Positions 50,142-52,011 of a stretch of DNA of 52,011 bases are shown in pieces. Where the stretch lies: NCBI GenBank assembly GCA_964638185.1, contig CAZXAS010000001.1, forward strand, positions 1 to 52,011. The letters are read 5' to 3'. Within the stretch, counting starts at the first letter, position 1. Each line of letters starts with the position of its first letter. The notes under the pieces are model-generated. The model was not told where the DNA came from. It saw only the letters and a list, made by a program, of their open reading frames with translations, and did not search any database. Source of the stretch: an uncultured Steroidobacteraceae bacterium (GTDB lineage Bacteria; Pseudomonadota; Gammaproteobacteria; Steroidobacterales; Steroidobacteraceae). A program made the position numbers and the translations under genes.

Positions 50142-50901
50142 TCCATCGCTGCCCTGGCCGCTGCCGATGGCGGCGGTCGCGCTGATCGCCGATGCCGAGT
50201 CGCTGCGGCTGAAGGCCTACAGGTGCCCGGCTGGCGTCTGGACGATCGGCTGGGGCGAGACCGAAGGCGTGCAGCCCGGCGACACGTGCACGAAGGCAGA
50301 GGCCGACCGCTGGCTGCTCGAAGACCTGACCGGGCGCGCCGCCGAACTGCGCAAGCTGTGCACCGTGCCGCCGGCCGAGAACGAACTCGGCGCGATGGTC
50401 AGCCTCGCGTACAACATCGGGCTCGCGGCGTTCAAGCGCTCCACCGTCCTGCGCCAGCACAACGCGGGCAACCGCCAGGCGGCCGCGCGCGCCTTCGGGC
50501 TCTGGAACAAGGCGCGCAACCCGCGCACCGGCCAGCTCGAGGTGCTCGACGGCCTCACAGCGCGCCGGCAGCGCGAGGCTGCGCTCTACCTGACGCCCGA
50601 CGACGGCGAGCAGCACGAGAGCATGCCGCAGGCGGTGGAGGGCGACTCCAACCTGGCGCGCAGCCCGATCAACGCCACGGGCGCCGCGGCGGTCGGCATG
50701 GGCGGCGTCACGGCGCTGACTCAGGTGGCCGACCAGGCGCAGCAGGCCTCTGGTGCGTTGGCCAGCGTCAAGGCCGCCGTGCACCAGGTGGCCGACTTCA
50801 TCGGCCTGCCGCCCGGGCTGCTGCTGGCCGCCGGGCTGGTGGCGGTGGGCTGGGTGGTGATCTCGAACCGCGCACGCCAGCGGCGCGAAGGGTGGGCGTG
50901 A
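50125..50901 (+). CDS. GH24 (T4-type) lysozyme endolysin with a C-terminal transmembrane helix (258 aa)
   Basis: AESLRLKAYRCPAGVWTIGWGET catalytic region. C-terminal LLLAAGLVAVGWVVISNRARQRR. GGAGG RBS. Confidence 0.85.
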   Translation: MRPLPDPSLPWPLPMAAVALIADAESLRLKAYRCPAGVWTIGWGETEGVQPGDTCTKAEADRWLLEDLTGRAAELRKLCTVPPAENELGAMVSLAYNIGLAAFKRSTVLRQHNAGNRQAAARAFGLWNKARNPRTGQLEVLDGLTARRQREAALYLTPDDGEQHESMPQAVEGDSNLARSPINATGAAAVGMGGVTALTQVADQAQQASGALASVKAAVHQVADFIGLPPGLLLAAGLVAVGWVVISNRARQRREGWA

Positions 50902-51344
50902 TGGCGCAGATCTCGAAGTACCTCCGCAACGTCGCCGGCGGCGGCCTGAGCTTCTGGTGCCAGGGCTGCCGCAAGGCGCACGTCGTATGGATCGCAGGCC
51001 AGGGGCCCGAAGACGGCCGGCCGCGCTGGAGCTGGAACGGCGATGTCGAGCGCCCTGTGTTCACCCCGAGCGTGCTGGTCCGCAGCTACCGGTACCCGAA
51101 CCCTTACGAGCCCGACAACAATCCGGAGCACGCTGAGATCCGCGCCAAGTTCGAACAGGCCGGTGCGGCAGGCCACGACTGGATGATGGATCATCCGAAG
51201 TGGGGCCGGCGCTGCCACAGCTTCGTCGGCTGCAATGGCGCCCAGCCCGGCGAGATCATCTTCCTCGGCGACTGCACCCATGAGCTGGCCGGCTCCGTGC
51301 AAGCGCTGGCCGAGCTGCCTCCCCACCTGTCGAGGGAAGCATGA
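50901..51344 (+). CDS. Cys/His-rich protein, DUF6527-like candidate (147 aa)
   Basis: FWCQGCRKAH...PTLsPSI-like segment PVFTPSVLV...CHSFV...DCTH. Family recalled from memory. Confidence 0.6.
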   Translation: MAQISKYLRNVAGGGLSFWCQGCRKAHVVWIAGQGPEDGRPRWSWNGDVERPVFTPSVLVRSYRYPNPYEPDNNPEHAEIRAKFEQAGAAGHDWMMDHPKWGRRCHSFVGCNGAQPGEIIFLGDCTHELAGSVQALAELPPHLSREA

Positions 51345-51850
51345 TCCCGCTCGCACCCATCGGCGCCGTGCTCGGCCGCGTGCCCGTCTGGGCCTGGGCG
51401 CTCGCCGCCGCGCTGGCCTGGGGAGCCTGGCACCGCTACCAGGCCCGCACCGAGCGCGAGGCCTTCGAGGCCGCCAAGGTCGCCGCCGCGGCCGAGCGCG
51501 CCACCAGCGAGGCGCAAGCAGCAACCGAGACCGCGCGCCGCCTGCGCGTGCAACAGGAGGTCACCGATGCCGCCAACCTCAAGACCGCGCAGCTGGAGCG
51601 CTCTGTCGCTGCCGCTGCTGATGCTGGCCAGCGCCTGCGCGCACGACTCGCCGCTGTCGAGGCCTCCCGCTGTCCCGGAGATCCCGCCGTTGCCGCGGGC
51701 GGCTATGGAGCCGGAGCGCCCGCGGATCTGTCAGCCGACGTGCGCCGAAGGCTGGACGAGGCTGCGGATCGAACTGCTGAATTCGCTGAGCGACTCGCCA
51801 TCGCCCGCGCCACCTGCCAGCAGTCCTACGAGGCGCTGAGGCCGCGTTGA
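51341..51850 (+). CDS. i-spanin (Rz-like) (169 aa)
   Basis: N-terminal TM helix VPVWAWALAAALAWGAW followed by a coiled periplasmic domain. Last gene before attR. Confidence 0.75.
   Translation: MIPLAPIGAVLGRVPVWAWALAAALAWGAWHRYQARTEREAFEAAKVAAAAERATSEAQAATETARRLRVQQEVTDAANLKTAQLERSVAAAADAGQRLRARLAAVEASRCPGDPAVAAGGYGAGAPADLSADVRRRLDEAADRTAEFAERLAIARATCQQSYEALRPR
51567..51839 (+). CDS. o-spanin (Rz1-like) lipoprotein embedded in the +1 frame of the i-spanin gene (90 aa)
   Basis: Lipobox LLMLASAC followed by a Pro-rich mature part. Lies entirely within the Rz-like gene. Confidence 0.6.
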   Translation: MPPTSRPRSWSALSLPLLMLASACAHDSPLSRPPAVPEIPPLPRAAMEPERPRICQPTCAEGWTRLRIELLNSLSDSPSPAPPASSPTRR

Positions 51851-51855
51851 ATACC

Positions 51856-51922
51856 TTCTAACGGCAGGTCTGGAGCCCGCATGAAACCGTGCCACAATTC
51901 CGAGCACTGGGTTAGAAGAATC
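51856..51922. promoter_or_regulatory. Right-arm candidate Int/accessory-factor binding sites
   Basis: TTCTAACGG at 51856-51864. Inverted GTTAGAAGAATC at 51911-51922. CCCGCATG repeated at 51876 and 51932. Confidence 0.3.
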
Positions 51923-51956
51923 AGGGCGAAACCCGCATGGATGCTGGTTTGCCTCG

Positions 51957-52011
51957 CTGCTTTGGGAGCAGTGGGTCGGATGTTCGAATCATCTCACCCC
52001 GACCACCTAAC
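51957..52011. repeat. attR core (duplicated 3' tRNA-Pro segment, not a functional tRNA)
   Basis: Identical to 1-55. The upstream sequence has no D-arm or acceptor 5' strand. Confidence 0.9.

Larger units (their letters stand above)
1..52011. mobile_element. Complete temperate lambda-like (siphovirus-type) prophage, attL-int ... lysis-attR, inserted in the 3' end of a tRNA-Pro gene
   Basis: Identical 55-nt direct repeats at both window ends. Integrase lies next to attL. Divergent repressor/cro switch, replication genes, lambda-type packaging and head genes, tail genes, and a lysis cassette next to attR. Confidence 0.9.

Noticed and set aside
51957-52011. A second functional tRNA-Pro at the right end
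   Set aside because: Only the 3' part (anticodon stem to CCA) is duplicated. The preceding sequence has no D-arm and no complementary acceptor strand, so this is attR.
1-52011. Known defence systems (RM with a nuclease, CBASS, retron, Gabija, abortive-infection ATPases), transposases/IS elements, rRNA genes
   Set aside because: No reverse transcriptase, restriction endonuclease, cyclase or transposase motifs were seen. The only large NTPases are TerL and DnaB. The methyltransferases appear orphan.

Overview
The window is one complete temperate prophage of about 52 kb, high-GC and probably from a beta- or gammaproteobacterial host (inference). It sits in the 3' end of a tRNA-Pro(UGG) gene and is bounded by identical 55-nt att repeats (1-55 = 51957-52011). 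Gene order from left to right: attL and tyrosine integrase; a long leftward early operon; a divergent immunity switch; a rightward early operon; a lipoprotein moron; packaging and head genes; tail genes; a lysis cassette; attR.

- **Leftward early operon:** excisionase-like protein, XRE regulator, many small Cys-rich proteins, DndC/PAPS-reductase-like enzyme, J-domain protein, C5 cytosine methyltransferase with five tandem TRD-like repeats, DUF4406-like and MazG-like proteins, RecT and a YqaJ-type exonuclease.
- **Immunity switch:** a CI-like repressor co-transcribed with a secreted DUF4124-like protein. It is flanked by two near-identical promoter/operator modules.
- **Rightward early operon:** Cro-like protein, wHTH protein, Dam-type methylase, replication protein, DnaB, RuvC-like resolvase, DUF1508.
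- **Packaging and head:** Nu1-like TerS, a DEDDh exoribonuclease, GpA-like TerL, a Q/sigma-r4-like regulator, gpW, lambda-family portal, S49 protease with a nested scaffold, gpD-like and gpE-like proteins.
- **Tail and lysis:** tube, 1416-aa tape measure, distal tail proteins and a GT-A-like protein. The lysis genes are holins, a GH24 lysozyme with a C-terminal TM helix, and Rz with embedded Rz1.

The most unusual feature is a 5.9-kb, four-gene block (30081-35994) inserted between the portal and the prohead protease. It contains a beta-propeller-like protein and a 1146-aa protein with a ~470-residue Ala/Gln-rich tract that is periodic every 20 residues. Other candidates are the orphan DndC-like enzyme, the multi-TRD methyltransferase, the Q-like regulator with a downstream hairpin inside the late operon, and the C-terminally anchored endolysin.

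All family assignments come from motif recognition by eye. No database search or computation was run. Many long alternative-frame ORFs in the track are GC-rich shadow ORFs and were not called.
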